A stretch of 64,000 nucleotides of DNA from an uncultured Elusimicrobia bacterium (GTDB lineage Bacteria; Elusimicrobiota; Elusimicrobia; 2-01-FULL-59-12): the NCBI GenBank assembly GCA_963702895.1, contig OY969767.1, positions 2,240,001-2,304,000 of the forward strand. The letters are read 5' to 3'. Positions 20,901 to 28,957 of this stretch are shown here, one piece after another. The notes under the pieces were generated by a model. The model had not been told where the DNA came from and searched no databases. It saw nothing but the letters and a program-made list of their open reading frames with translations. The position numbers were made by a program, and so were the translations under genes. Within the stretch, counting starts at the first letter, position 1, and every line of letters starts with the position of its first letter.

Positions 20901-23900
20901 GTTGGTCGAGGCGAGTAGGGCGCTGGCCTGTGCCGGGTCCACCCACGTCGGAACGCTTCCTGCTCCGTTGGACTGCAGGACTTGACCGGAGCTGCCGCTT
21001 GCACCCGCAAGCTTCAGCGTGTTCTGGATATTGAGATCAAGAACCGTGCCGCTCGAGACATAGAACGTCGCCCCGGCTTGGAGGGTCTCCCGGATCAAAA
21101 TGACGTCCGTGGCGGCATTGGTGATGAGATCACTCCATGCGCCGTTTTGGTAGCCGCGGAATTTCGCGCCGCTGGCGTTATAGTAGATCATGCCGTTGAC
21201 CCCGACCGCCGGGTCCCCGGCGTCAGACTTGCGCGGCACAAGGATACTTCCCCCATCCCCTGTGATGTCCAAAAGCGCCTGGGGATTCGCCGTGCCGATG
21301 CCCACCAGGCCCCCCAACATCGCCAGATAAGCGTTCGAGGAGATGCTCACCGCCTGCCCGGAGGCTCCGAAGAGCGCGGCGTTCGCTACGGTGACGCTTG
21401 AGCCATAGGTCTGCGGCGCGCTCCAAAGCTGGTTTTTGTCCACATAGGCCACCGTCGACGGCAGCACCGTGCTCGGGATGCCGCTCGCGATACTCGAGCC
21501 GGTGAGGCCCGTGAGCCCGGAGCCGAGACCCGTAAAGCTTCCCGCTGCCACACCGTAGGTGACGCCCACGCCGCCCGCACTGGTCACGGTGAGACTGGAG
21601 GTCAGGGTCTTGACGCCTGAAATCGTTTGGTTGGTGTCGGTGTAGACGACGTTCGCCGGCAGGTCGCCTGAAGCGATGGTGGCGCTCACGAGTTTTTTGC
21701 TGCTGTCGGTTTTCACAAACTGGCTGGCCGTTAGAGGGTTGAGTTGCAGGCTGCCGGCGTTGACGATGAGGTTGGTGCTCACCGTCACATCGTTCTGGAA
21801 CGTCTGCCAGGCCGTCCAGGTGTTGGTCGAGGCCAGCAAGACGTCCGCTGAGCCAGGATTGACCCACGTCGGAACGGCGCCCGGGCCATTGGATTGCAGC
21901 ACCTGCCCGGAGGAGCCGACGCCATTACCCGCCACCACCATGCTCGAGAACGTCACGCTCGACACGAAGGTCTGGCCCGCTGTCCAGGTGTTGGTAGATG
22001 AAAGGAGGCTGCTCGCGCCAGGGACAGCCACCCAGGTAGGAGCGGCCCCGGGCCCGTTACTTTGAAGGGTGTAACCACTGGAGCCCGCGCTTCCACCGGC
22101 GACGAGTTCCCCATTTAAGGTCAGGCTCCCCGCGACGACGCCATAAATGGCCCGAAGACCGCCAGGTCCCAAGACCGTGGCGCTCGACCCTACATAAAGG
22201 AAGTCCGGATAAGCGGTCGAACCTGCCTGCAAGGTATTGGTGTTCAAAATGTATTCGCCGGCACCGGCTGGTGCCCACGTGAGTCCGCCCGCGCCGTTAT
22301 TGCTCAGAACACCGACGGTGTGGGCCGCTGGCCAGTTGTAGCTCAGCCCTTTGACGTTCACATCGCCTGTGGTGGTGACGCTGCCCGCCACCAAACCGTA
22401 AGTCAGACCGATGCCGCCGGGCGCGCTCACGGCGATCGAAGAGACGTACATCTGCGTCGCCGTCCAGGTGTTGGTGGAATTGAGCAAGGCACTCGCGCTC
22501 GCCGGGTCCACCCACGTCGGTGCGGCGCTCGCGCCACCCGACTGCAGAATCTGACCGCTTGATCCCACGCTGCCGTTGATCGAAAGCGGGGCGTTGGCCG
22601 TCAAGGTCAAAGTCCCGGCTGTCACACCGTAGCTCACCGCCGCGCCGCCGATGCTCGTCACCGTGACGCTTGAGCCATAGGTCTGCGGCGCGCTCCAAAG
22701 CTGATTTTTGTCCACATAGGCCACGGTCGACGGCAGCACCGTGCTGGCAATGCCCGTCACAATGTTGGCGCCGGTGAGATTCGTCAGTCCCGTTCCAAGA
22801 CCCGTAAAGCTTCCCGCTGCCACGCCGTAGGTGACGCCCACGCCGCCCGCACTGGTCACGGTGAGACTGGAGGTCAGGGTCTTGACGCCTGAAATCGTTT
22901 GGTTGGTGTCGGTGTAGACGACGTTCGCCGGCAGGTCGCCTGAAGCGATAGTGGCGCTCACGAGCTTCTTGTCGGCATCGGTCTTCACAAATTGGCTGGC
23001 GGTGAGGGGGTTGAGTCGGACGCTGCCGGCATTGACAATCAAGTTCGTGCTCACCGTCACATCGTTCTGGAACGTCTGCCAGGCCGTCCAGGTGTTGGTG
23101 GAGTTGAGCAAGGCGCTCGCGCTCGCCGGGTCGACCCACGTCGGAACGCTTCCTGCTCCGTTGGACTGCAGGACTTGACCGGAGCTGCCGCTTGCACCTG
23201 CAAGCTTCAGCGTGTTCTGGATATTGAGATCAAGAACCGTGCCGCTTGACACATAGAACGTTGAACCGGGCTGCAGCGATTCCTTCACATGGATGTAATT
23301 GGTGTTGCCGTAGACCAACACATCCACATAAACTTTGGTCGCCGCATCGTAGGGCCCGGTGGGGTCGAGCAAGTTGTTGATCTGATGGCTGTTCATGCTC
23401 AAGGATTGGCTTTGGGCGCCGACACCTGTGATGTTCGGATAGATGCTGCTTTGCACGGCCGCCGGATAGACCGAAAGGGGCGTGATGGAGGAGGCAACGA
23501 CCGTGTTGGGCAGGGTGCCGTTTGCCAGGGCAGCCAGCGCCACGGACTGCGCCGGGAGGGCAATGGAGCTGCCCACCCGCAAGGCTTGGACGGTACCGCT
23601 CGAGACAAAGAAGGTCGCGCCGCTCTGGAGGCTGTCGCTCAAAAGGATGAAGGTGGTGGCCCCGCCGGCGAGGCTGCCGGCCGAGCCGGCGGAGGTGGCG
23701 TAAGAAGCGGTCGCGGCGTTGCCCGTGATGTCGATGCCGGCCGTTCCCGCGCTGATGTTCGCGGGGGTGAGGGCCGTCAGGCCTGAGCCCACGCCCGTGA
23801 AGCTGCCCGCGACGACACCGTAGGTGACGTTCAGGCCGCCGGAGGAGGTCATGATTTGGTTCGCCGTCCAGGTGTTGGTGGTGGCGAGCAGGGTGCTCGC

Positions 23901-26036
23901 GCTTGCCGGGTCGACCCAGGTCGGAACGCTTCCTGCTCCGTTGGACTGCAGGACTTGACCGGAGCTGCCGCTTGCACCCGCAAGCTTCAGCGTGTTCTGG
24001 ATATTGAGATCAAGAACCGTGCCGCTTGACACATAGAAGGTTGCCCCGGCTTGGAGGGTCTCCCGGATGAGAATGACGTCCGTGGCGGCATTGGTGATGA
24101 GATCGCTCCATGCACCGTTTTGGTAGCCGCGGAATTTCGCGCCGCTGGCGTTATAGTAGATCATGCCGTTGACCCCGACCGCCGGGTCCCCGGCGTCGGA
24201 CTTGCGCGGCACAAGGATACTTCCCCCATCCCCTGTGATGTCCAAAAGCGCCTGGGGATTCGCTGTGCCGATGCCCACCAGGCCCCCCAACATCGCCAGA
24301 TAAGCGTTCGAGGAGATGCTCACCGCCTGCCCGGAGGCTCCGAAGAGCGCGGCGTTCGCTACGGTGATGCTGGAGCCATAGGTCTGCGGCGCGCTCCAAA
24401 GCTGGTTTTTGTCCACATAGGCCACGGTCGAGGGCAGCACAGCGCTGGCGATACCGCTCGCAATGTTGGCACCGGTGAGACCTGTCAGGCCTGAACCGAG
24501 ACCCGTAAAGCTGCCCGCCACCACGCCGTAGGTGACGTTCAAACCGCCGGAAGAAGTCACGATCTGGTTGGCCGTCCAGGTGTTGGTGGTAGAAAGCAGG
24601 GCGCTGGCCTGCGCCGGGTCCACCCACGTCGGCGCGGCGCTCGCGCCACCCGACTGCAGGACCTGGCCGGAGGAACCCACGCTGCCGTTGATCGAAAGCG
24701 GGGCGTTCGCGGTGAGGGTCAAAGTCCCGGCCGTCACGCCATAAGTGACCGCCGCGCCGCCAGCACTCGTCACCGTGATGCTCGACCCATACGTCTGCGG
24801 CGCGCTCCAAAGCTGGTTCTTGTCCACATAGGCCACCGTCGACGGCAGTACCGCGCTCGGGATGCCCGTCACGATGTTGGCGCCGGTGAGGCTCGTGAGG
24901 TTGGTGCCCAGGCCCGTAAAGCTCCCCGCCACCACACCATAAGTCACGTTCAGCCCGCCGGAAGAGGTCATGATCTGGTTGGCCGTCCAGGTGTTGGTCG
25001 TCGAAAGAAGCGCGCTGGCGCTGGCCGCCGGGACCCACGTCGGGGCCGATCCGGCCCCGTTTGATTGGAGCACCTCGCCGCTTGAGCCTGCGCTGCCGTT
25101 GATCGAAAGCGGGGCATTCGCCAAGAGGGTGAGGCTCCCCGCCACCACGCCGTAAGTGGCGCTCATGCCGCCGGCATGCGTCACCGTGATGCTCGAAGCA
25201 AAGGTCTTGTTGCCCGTGATGTTCTGGTCGGTGTCCGTGTAGACCACATTGGCCGGCAAATCACCTCCGGCGATGGTCGCGCTCACGAGCTTCTTGTTCC
25301 CATCGGTCTTGACGAACTGGCTCGCGCTCAGATCATTGGCCGTCACGCTGCCCGCCACGATGCCGTAGATCACGTTCAGCCCGCCGGCGTTCGTCACGGT
25401 GAGACTCGAGATCATGGTCACAGGGTTCTGGAACGTCTGATCGGCCGTCCAGGTGTTGGTTGAGTTGAGCAAGCCGTCGCCGGCAATGAGACCGTCGACG
25501 TACTCCTTCGTGGTCAGTTCGGAATCGACCGTCGGCGTGAGTGATCCGCTCTTGCGCGGGAAGGTGGAAAAGGTCTTCAGGCCGTCGATGGATTGGGCCG
25601 TGAAGGTATCGATAAAGGCGTCATAGGTCCGGCCGGAGAGCATGTGCGTGTTGAAGGAAAAAGGCGCGCTCAAAAGCGTTTCGCGCGGCGTAAGGGCTTC
25701 CCCTTCGACCTCGATCTGCAAATAGACGGACGTGCTGTCAAAGACCGAAAAGGGGATGGGCGTCCCCGATCCGATCGAGGCGTTGAAGACGCCGTTGGTG
25801 ACCGTGAGGGTCTGGGATTCGGACCAGGGGCTGGCCGCGGGGAGCTGCGTGCCTCCGGAGAGATCGCTATAAAACTTGAAAACGAAATCGATATTGCCGC
25901 TCGTGGGATTGTTGCTCGTGTCGGTGAGGCGCCCCTGGAAATTGATCACCTGGGGGACATCGGCCGCATAAGACAGGCCGATCGAAAATACCACTAAACT
26001 CACGAGCCGTATGAGGTGGCGTGCGTTCCGGGTCAC
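11949..26036 (-). CDS. Giant (4695 aa) secreted repetitive tail-fibre/adhesin-like protein
   Basis: Signal peptide; N-terminal VPQVINFQGRLTD...TVTNGVFN domain; LTTKEYVD and DAATKVYVD fibre motifs; many STNTWT, GQVLQSxG...PTW and VGIGT repeats; C-terminal IDWSNGN...QDATGGRNINWP domain of a type seen at phage fibre ends. Confidence 0.85.
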   Translation of the reverse strand: MTRNARHLIRLVSLVVFSIGLSYAADVPQVINFQGRLTDTSNNPTSGNIDFVFKFYSDLSGGTQLPAASPWSESQTLTVTNGVFNASIGSGTPIPFSVFDSTSVYLQIEVEGEALTPRETLLSAPFSFNTHMLSGRTYDAFIDTFTAQSIDGLKTFSTFPRKSGSLTPTVDSELTTKEYVDGLIAGDGLLNSTNTWTADQTFQNPVTMISSLTVTNAGGLNVIYGIVAGSVTANDLSASQFVKTDGNKKLVSATIAGGDLPANVVYTDTDQNITGNKTFASSITVTHAGGMSATYGVVAGSLTLLANAPLSINGSAGSSGEVLQSNGAGSAPTWVPAASASALLSTTNTWTANQIMTSSGGLNVTYGVVAGSFTGLGTNLTSLTGANIVTGIPSAVLPSTVAYVDKNQLWSAPQTYGSSITVTSAGGAAVTYGVTAGTLTLTANAPLSINGSVGSSGQVLQSGGASAAPTWVDPAQASALLSTTNTWTANQIVTSSGGLNVTYGVVAGSFTGLGSGLTGLTGANIASGIASAVLPSTVAYVDKNQLWSAPQTYGSSITVANAALFGASGQAVSISSNAYLAMLGGLVGIGTANPQALLDITGDGGSILVPRKSDAGDPAVGVNGMIYYNASGAKFRGYQNGAWSDLITNAATDVILIRETLQAGATFYVSSGTVLDLNIQNTLKLAGASGSSGQVLQSNGAGSVPTWVDPASASTLLATTNTWTANQIMTSSGGLNVTYGVVAGSFTGVGSGLTALTPANISAGTAGIDITGNAATASYATSAGSAGSLAGGATTFILLSDSLQSGATFFVSSGTVQALRVGSSIALPAQSVALAALANGTLPNTVVASSITPLSVYPAAVQSSIYPNITGVGAQSQSLSMNSHQINNLLDPTGPYDAATKVYVDVLVYGNTNYIHVKESLQPGSTFYVSSGTVLDLNIQNTLKLAGASGSSGQVLQSNGAGSVPTWVDPASASALLNSTNTWTAWQTFQNDVTVSTNLIVNAGSVRLNPLTASQFVKTDADKKLVSATIASGDLPANVVYTDTNQTISGVKTLTSSLTVTSAGGVGVTYGVAAGSFTGLGTGLTNLTGANIVTGIASTVLPSTVAYVDKNQLWSAPQTYGSSVTVTSIGGAAVSYGVTAGTLTLTANAPLSINGSVGSSGQILQSGGASAAPTWVDPASASALLNSTNTWTATQMYVSSIAVSAPGGIGLTYGLVAGSVTTTGDVNVKGLSYNWPAAHTVGVLSNNGAGGLTWAPAGAGEYILNTNTLQAGSTAYPDFLYVGSSATVLGPGGLRAIYGVVAGSLTLNGELVAGGSAGSSGYTLQSNGPGAAPTWVAVPGASSLLSSTNTWTAGQTFVSSVTFSSMVVAGNGVGSSGQVLQSNGPGAVPTWVNPGSADVLLASTNTWTAWQTFQNDVTVSTNLIVNAGSLQLNPLTASQFVKTDSSKKLVSATIASGDLPANVVYTDTNQTISGVKTLTSSLTVTSAGGVGVTYGVAAGSFTGLGSGLTGLTGSSIASGIPSTVLPSTVAYVDKNQLWSAPQTYGSSVTVANAALFGASGQAVSISSNAYLAMLGGLVGIGTANPQALLDITGDGGSILVPRKSDAGDPAVGVNGMIYYNASGAKFRGYQNGAWSDLITNAATDVILIRETLQAGATFYVSSGTVLDLNIQNTLKLAGASGSSGQVLQSNGAGSVPTWVDPAQASALLASTNTWTANQIMTSSGGLNVTYGVVAGSVTANDLSASQFVKTDADKKLVSATIASGDLPANVVYTDTNQTISGVKTLTSSLTVTSAGGVGVTYGVAAGSFTGLGTGLTNLTGANIVTGIASTVLPSTVAYVDKNQLWSAPQTYGSSITVANAALFGASGQAVSISSNAYLAMLGGLVGIGTANPQALLDITGDGGSILVPRKSDAGDPAVGVNGMIYYNASGAKFRGYQNGAWSDLITNAATDVILIRETLQAGATFYVSSGTVLDLNIQNTLKLAGASGSSGQVLQSNGAGSVPTWVDPASASALLNSTNTWTATQMYVSSIAVSAPGGIGLTYGLVAGSVTTTGDVNVKGLSYNWPAAHTVGVLSNNGAGGLTWAPAGAGEYILNTNTLQAGSTAYPDFLYVGSSATVLGPGGLRAIYGVVAGSLTLNGELVAGGSAGSSGYTLQSNGPGAAPTWVAVPGASSLLSSTNTWTAGQTFVSSVTFSSMVVAGNGVGSSGQVLQSNGPGAVPTWVNPGSADVLLASTNTWTAWQTFQNDVTVSTNLIVNAGSLQLNPLTASQFVKTDSSKKLVSATIASGDLPANVVYTDTNQTISGVKTLTSSLTVTSAGGVGVTYGVAAGSFTGLGTGLTNLTGANIVTGIASTVLPSTVAYVDKNQLWSAPQTYGSSVTVANAALFGASGQAVSISSNAYLAMLGGLVGIGTANPQALLDITGDGGSILVPRKSDAGDPAVGVNGMIYYNASGAKFRGYQNGAWSDLITNAATDVILIRETLQAGATFYVSSGTVLDLNIQNTLKLAGASGSSGQVLQSNGAGSVPTWVDPAQASALLASTNTWTANQIMTSSGGLNVTYGVVAGSVTANDLSASQFVKTDGNKKLVSATIASGDLPANVVYTDTNQTISGVKTLTSSLTVTSAGGVGVTYGVAAGSFTGLGTGLTNLTGANIVTGIASTVLPSTVAYVDKNQLWSAPQTYGSSVTVTSIGGAAVSYGVTAGTLTLTANAPLSINGSVGSSGQILQSGGASAAPTWVDPASASALLNSTNTWTAWQTFQNDVTVSTNLIVNAGSVRLNPLTASQFVKTDADKKLVSATIASGDLPANVVYTDTNQTISGVKTLTSSLTVTSAGGVGVTYGVAAGSFTGLGTGLTNLTGANIVTGIASTVLPSTVAYLSSTNTWTGGQTIASPSGVSVTYGVVAGSVTANDLSASQFVKTDGNKKLVSATIASGDLPANVVYTDTNQTISGVKTLTSSLTVTSAGGVGVTYGVAAGSFTGLGTGLTNLTGANIVTGIASTVLPSTVAYVDKNQLWSAPQTYGSSVTVTSIGGAAVSYGVTAGTLTLTANAPLSINGSVGSSGQILQSGGASAAPTWVDPASASALLNSTNTWTAWQTFQNDVTVSTNLIVNAGSLQLNPLTASQFVKTDSSKKLVSATIASGDLPANVVYTDTNQTISGVKTLTSSLTVTSAGGVGVTYGVAAGSFTGLGTGLTNLTGANIVTGIASTVLPSTVAYVDKNQLWSAPQTYGSSVTVTNAALLGASGQAVTISSNLVVSGAVLASNNSGTSGQVLQSQGPGAAPTWVSPASASALLNSTNTWTAWQTFQNDVTVSTNLIVNAGSLQLNPLTASQFVKTDSSKKLVSATIASGDLPANVVYTDTNQTISGVKTLTSSLTVTSAGGVGVTYGVAAGSFTGLGTGLTNLTGANIVTGIASTVLPSTVAYVDKNQLWSAPQTYGSSITVANAALFGASGQAVSISSNAYLAMLGGLVGIGTANPQALLDITGDGGSILVPRKSDAGDPAVGVNGMIYYNASGAKFRGYQNGAWSDLITNAATDVILIRETLQAGATFYVSSGTVLDLNIQNTLKLAGASGSSGQVLQSNGAGSVPTWVDPASASALLNSTNTWTAWQTFQNDVTVSTNLIVNAGSLQLNPLTASQFVKTDSSKKLVSATIASGDLPANVVYTDTNQTISGVKTLTSSLTVTSAGGVGVTYGVAAGSFTGLGTGLTNLTGANIVTGIASTVLPSTVAYVDKNQLWSAPQTYGSSITVANAALFGASGQAVTISSNLVVSGAVLASNNSGTSGQVLQSQGPGAAPTWVSPASASALLNSTNTWTAWQTFQNDVTVSTNLIVNAGSLQLNPLTASQFVKTDSSKKLVSATIASGDLPANVVYTDTNQTISGVKTLTSSLTVTSAGGVGVTYGVAAGSFTGLGTGLTNLTGANIVTGIASTVLPSTVAYVDKNQLWSAPQTYGSSVTVTNAALLGASGQAVTISSNLVVSGAVLASNNSGTSGQVLQSQGPGAAPTWVSPASASALLNSTNTWTAWQTFQNDVTVSTNLIVNAGSLQLNPLTASQFVKTDSSKKLVSATIASGDLPANVVYTDTNQTISGVKTLTSSLTVTSAGGVGVTYGVAAGSFTGLGTGLTNLTGANIVTGIASTVLPSTVAYVDKNQLWSAPQTYGSSITVANAALFGASGQAVTISSNLVVSGAVLASNNSGTSGQVLQSQGPGAAPTWVSPASASALLNSTNTWTAWQTFQNDVTVSTNLIVNAGSLQLNPLTASQFVKTDSSKKLVSATIASGDLPANVVYTDTNQTISGVKTLTSSLTVTSAGGVGVTYGVAAGSFTGLGTGLTNLTGANIVTGIASTVLPSTVAYLSSTNTWTGGQTIASPSGVSVTYGVVAGSVTANDLSASQFVKTDGNKKLVSATIASGDLPANVVYTDTNQTISGVKTLTSSLTVTSAGGVGVTYGVVAGSVTANDLSASQFVKTDGSKKLVSAGLVAGDLPGGATSYIQLTQSLQTGSTFYVSSGTVQTQLALNGALVLSGSAGTASQVLQSNGPGAAPTWGAGATGLLSSTNTWTAGQTYVSSVTFSSMVVVNNASLAITNGQFGSTINQKGSTGSGSVEIDWSNGNTQHVVLTGNPTLTFANGISGRKYVLMVKQDATGGRNINWPGTIRFPGGAYPVLSSAGNKTDYMAFIFNDVDSTYDNLAYTLNY
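12980..15250. repeat. 624-bp near-identical tandem units inside the giant gene
   Basis: The same sequence recurs at 13207, 13831, 14455 and 15079, and again at 16000 and 16624. Confidence 0.9.
17990..22520. repeat. ~2-kb near-identical direct repeat (offset 2490 bp) inside the giant gene
   Basis: Matching pairs 18733/21223, 19186/21676 and 19807/22297. Confidence 0.9.
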
Positions 26037-26189
26037 GTGACCTTTCTATAGGAGAAGAGCCCAGACCTCAAGTATCAAACTTGTAAATTTTTTGAGGATG
26101 GAACAGTTCTAGATCTCGGCATGTTTTTAGGAGGGCGTGAGAGTTCGTTGAGATTTTGGTGAGCCGCTACACGCCTTAACAAAAGGTTT

Positions 26190-26541
26190 GGGCCGGGCGA
26201 GCTCCGCTCGCTCCATGGCGTTTTCTCCTCCTTCGCCAAGGATACGGAGGAGCGCCGTTTCCCTTCGGACAGGCCTCACAACTCCCGTTCGCCTGTTCCT
26301 CTTCGACGGGACCAGCGGCGATCAACTCATCCGCCGCAGGTCCTCGTCCCCCAGGCCCCCTATCTTCAGAGGATGGGGGACTTCGTCGGACCCCGTCCTC
26401 TTGGTAAGCGCGACTGCGCGATATCGTCGGGGCCGCCCCATCCTTATACCGGTATAGGAAAGTGGGGCGGACAGTTCGGCCTCGGCGTCCTCAGGGATCC
26501 GGCTGAAAACGCCAAGTCGCTCGCCAGAGCTCGCCCGGCCC
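26190..26541. repeat. Structured intergenic element A, closed by a 15-bp terminal stem
   Basis: gggccgggcgagctc ... gagctcgcccggccc; interior is homologous to element B in inverted orientation. Confidence 0.65.
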
Positions 26542-26606
26542 TCGTTGGCTGCAGGTGGTCACTTCTCAATAAAATCTGACAAGCATTCCACTATCAAATG
26601 CGCCCG

Positions 26607-26897
26607 CGGCAGAGCATGGGACGAGCGAGTGACTTGAGGCTTGAGCCCCGAAGGCGGAGACGATGCTCCGAGCACTGTCCGCCCCGCTTCCTCCAGAAGT
26701 TTTCATGGCTGGGGTGGCCCCGGCATTACACGCGCCTACGGCGCTTATAAAGTGGGCGGGGCCGACGAAGTCCCCCGTCCTCTTGAACGAGGGGGTCCGG
26801 GGGACGAGGAGTTGTGCGAGGAGTCGGAACCTGAGGGGCGCCCCCCCAGACTTCTGGGGGGCAAGCCGAACGGAACGAGCTGTCCCATGCTCTGCCG
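26607..26897. repeat. Structured intergenic element B, closed by a 16-bp terminal stem
   Basis: cggcagagcatgggac ... gtcccatgctctgccg. Confidence 0.65.
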
Positions 26898-26903
26898 AGG
26901 GAG

Positions 26904-28643
26904 CTAGCGCGCGACGACGACCGTCCCCGAGGCCGAGGTGCCTCCCTGCTCGATCTGGTAGAGGTAGATGCCGCCGGGGACGGCTTTGCCTCCGTCGTCT
27001 TTGCCATCCCAGGCCAGCGTCGAATCGGAGGCAGGTCCGGGCGCAAGCTCCGCCACAAAAGCATCCGAGAGGTCATACATTTTCCCGGAGAGCGGCAGGA
27101 GCTGCGGGTTGTCAAACTCGAAAATCACTTTGTCATTCCAACCGTCGCCATTCGGCGAAAAGATCCGCGGGTAGACGCGCGTGAGGACGAGTCCCGACGC
27201 GTGGGAGGCGGCCCGGATCTGGAAGTGCCCGATTCTTGGCGCCGTAAAGGAGACCGTGTTGTCGGTCGTATTGATGACGGCCGAGGTTTTGACCCACTCG
27301 TTGCCGTTAAACCAGAAGAGCGAGAGCTCCTCGGCCGCCTGCGCGGAATCGATGAGCGGGATCCTGAACGGTCGGCTCGCCGCAGGTGCCCCGGGAACAA
27401 CGACGCCGCCTGAGACGCTGTAGGCGAGCGTCCCCCGGAGGACCGGCAAAGCAAACGTGGGGGCGGCAATCTCCTCCCCCGTATCGTAGTTGAAGAGCTT
27501 CACCGACATGGACCGGGCGACGCGGCCGGTCTCTTCCGAGGAAACTTCCGTCAAGGTGAGCTCGAGGTCTGATCCATAGGTGGTTTGGCCGCGCAAGAAG
27601 ACATTGGCGGAGTTCTGCGGGAGCTGGATCCGTGAGACGAAATCGGATGCCACAAAATAATGGTTCAGGTCGCTCGAGTCATCCAAGACCCTGCTCCAGT
27701 CGGAGGTCTGGCCGTCCGTGTCGATAGTTTTAAGCGCGTAATAGGTCACCGTGCCGTCCGTGGTCGTCGTCCAACTCGCCGCCGCGGGCGTCGACACAAC
27801 CACCCACTGACTGCGCGCTTGGAGGAGGCTGGTCGAGGTGTAAATCTGATAGCCGAAGAGGTTCGTCATGGCGCTGCCATCGGTGCGCTCGGTGACGGCG
27901 TGCCACTGGAAATCGATCTGATAGGCGCTGGGACCTGTTTGTGTGCGCGTCAGCGAAAATCCCGTCGGCATGCGGGGCAGGCTCGCCGTGCCGGGGATCG
28001 TCACCGTGATGCTGTTGCTGGTGGCGCTCGGCACATTCAGGTCATTGAGCGCCAAGACCCTGTACTCGTAGGTGGCCCCCGGCGTGACGCTTGCGTCCGT
28101 CGAGGTCGTGGCGGTTTCGCTGGCGATCGCCGAAAACGAAAGGCCGTCGGAGCTGCGCTCAACCACAAAGACCGTCCCGTCGGGATTGCCGTTGCCGTCC
28201 CAGGAGAGCCCCACGGCGATGAAGCTCACCGAGGTCGTCGTCAGGGCGAGCGGCGGATTGGCCAGGGTGCAGGTGCTCACCGAAGCGGTCCAGCTTGACG
28301 AGCTGTCTTCGACCGTGTCATAGGCGATCACGCGGGTGAAATAGACGGCGTTCACGTCGAGCGCCGTGAAGGTCGAGCTCAGGACCAGCGTGCTCGAAGA
28401 GTGCGGCTCGACGAAGGCGCTCGAGGCGAGCTCCACCGTATACTGGACCGTGGTTCCGGCGAGTCCTTGCCAGTCCACCGCGAGCGTCGTGGCCGTAACG
28501 CTCGAGAAAACGACCGCGGTCGGGTCGGGCGGCGCCGCCTCAAGGCGCGCGGCCACCAGCAGAGGCGCGAGGACGCCCCCCAGAAATAGCGATAGTCTTC
28601 TGGCCATACACACCCATATAGAGTGGAATAGTCCTTCCGACAA
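26904..28643 (-). CDS. Secreted fibronectin type III protein with T9SS type-B/FlgD-Ig-like C-terminal domain (likely start ATG 28607)
   Basis: FN3 patterns (LSWDGNGNP, YEYRVLALN); C-terminus YPRIFSPNGDGWND...WDGKDDGGKAVPGGIYLYQI...TVVVAR. Confidence 0.85.
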   Translation of the reverse strand: MSEGLFHSIWVCMARRLSLFLGGVLAPLLVAARLEAAPPDPTAVVFSSVTATTLAVDWQGLAGTTVQYTVELASSAFVEPHSSSTLVLSSTFTALDVNAVYFTRVIAYDTVEDSSSSWTASVSTCTLANPPLALTTTSVSFIAVGLSWDGNGNPDGTVFVVERSSDGLSFSAIASETATTSTDASVTPGATYEYRVLALNDLNVPSATSNSITVTIPGTASLPRMPTGFSLTRTQTGPSAYQIDFQWHAVTERTDGSAMTNLFGYQIYTSTSLLQARSQWVVVSTPAAASWTTTTDGTVTYYALKTIDTDGQTSDWSRVLDDSSDLNHYFVASDFVSRIQLPQNSANVFLRGQTTYGSDLELTLTEVSSEETGRVARSMSVKLFNYDTGEEIAAPTFALPVLRGTLAYSVSGGVVVPGAPAASRPFRIPLIDSAQAAEELSLFWFNGNEWVKTSAVINTTDNTVSFTAPRIGHFQIRAASHASGLVLTRVYPRIFSPNGDGWNDKVIFEFDNPQLLPLSGKMYDLSDAFVAELAPGPASDSTLAWDGKDDGGKAVPGGIYLYQIEQGGTSASGTVVVAR

Positions 28644-28790
28644 GTATTTTTGTTGTAAAGAATTTGAGGTTAATACAGACTGATTTTTAGACTATTTTTG
28701 AAACCGGCCGTCTGTTTCGTGAGATTTTGGTGAGCTGCAACAGCTTGGGGACGGTCTCCAGACTTCCGGCGACCGCCCGCCGGATGTCTT

Positions 28791-28868
28791 GGCGGACGTT
28801 CCTCACGATCTCACGGTTGCGAGCAGCGAGACAAGATAGGCAACACCGTGAGATCGTGAGGAACGTCC
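28791..28868. repeat. Palindromic element, variant of the GGACGTTCC family
   Basis: ggacgttcctcacgatctcacgg ... ccgtgagatcgtgaggaacgtcc. Confidence 0.7.
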
Positions 28869-28879
28869 CCAAGGCGTAA

Positions 28880-28957
28880 GGCCAAGAGTGCTGGGGGTAG
28901 GACGTGAGCTCGTCGAAGCGAGCTCACGCCTACGTAGGGCGAAGCCCGCCAGATTTA
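28880..28957 (-). pseudogene. Duplicated 3' half of tRNA-Tyr with a hairpin replacing the T-loop
   Basis: Matches 29018-29075 except that tttgaa is replaced by cgtgagctcgtcgaagcgagctcacg. Confidence 0.7.

Noticed and set aside
12661..25038. Long Arg/His-rich ORFs (869 aa, 969 aa and others) within the giant gene
   Set aside because: Off-frame read-through caused by repetitive GC-rich codon usage.
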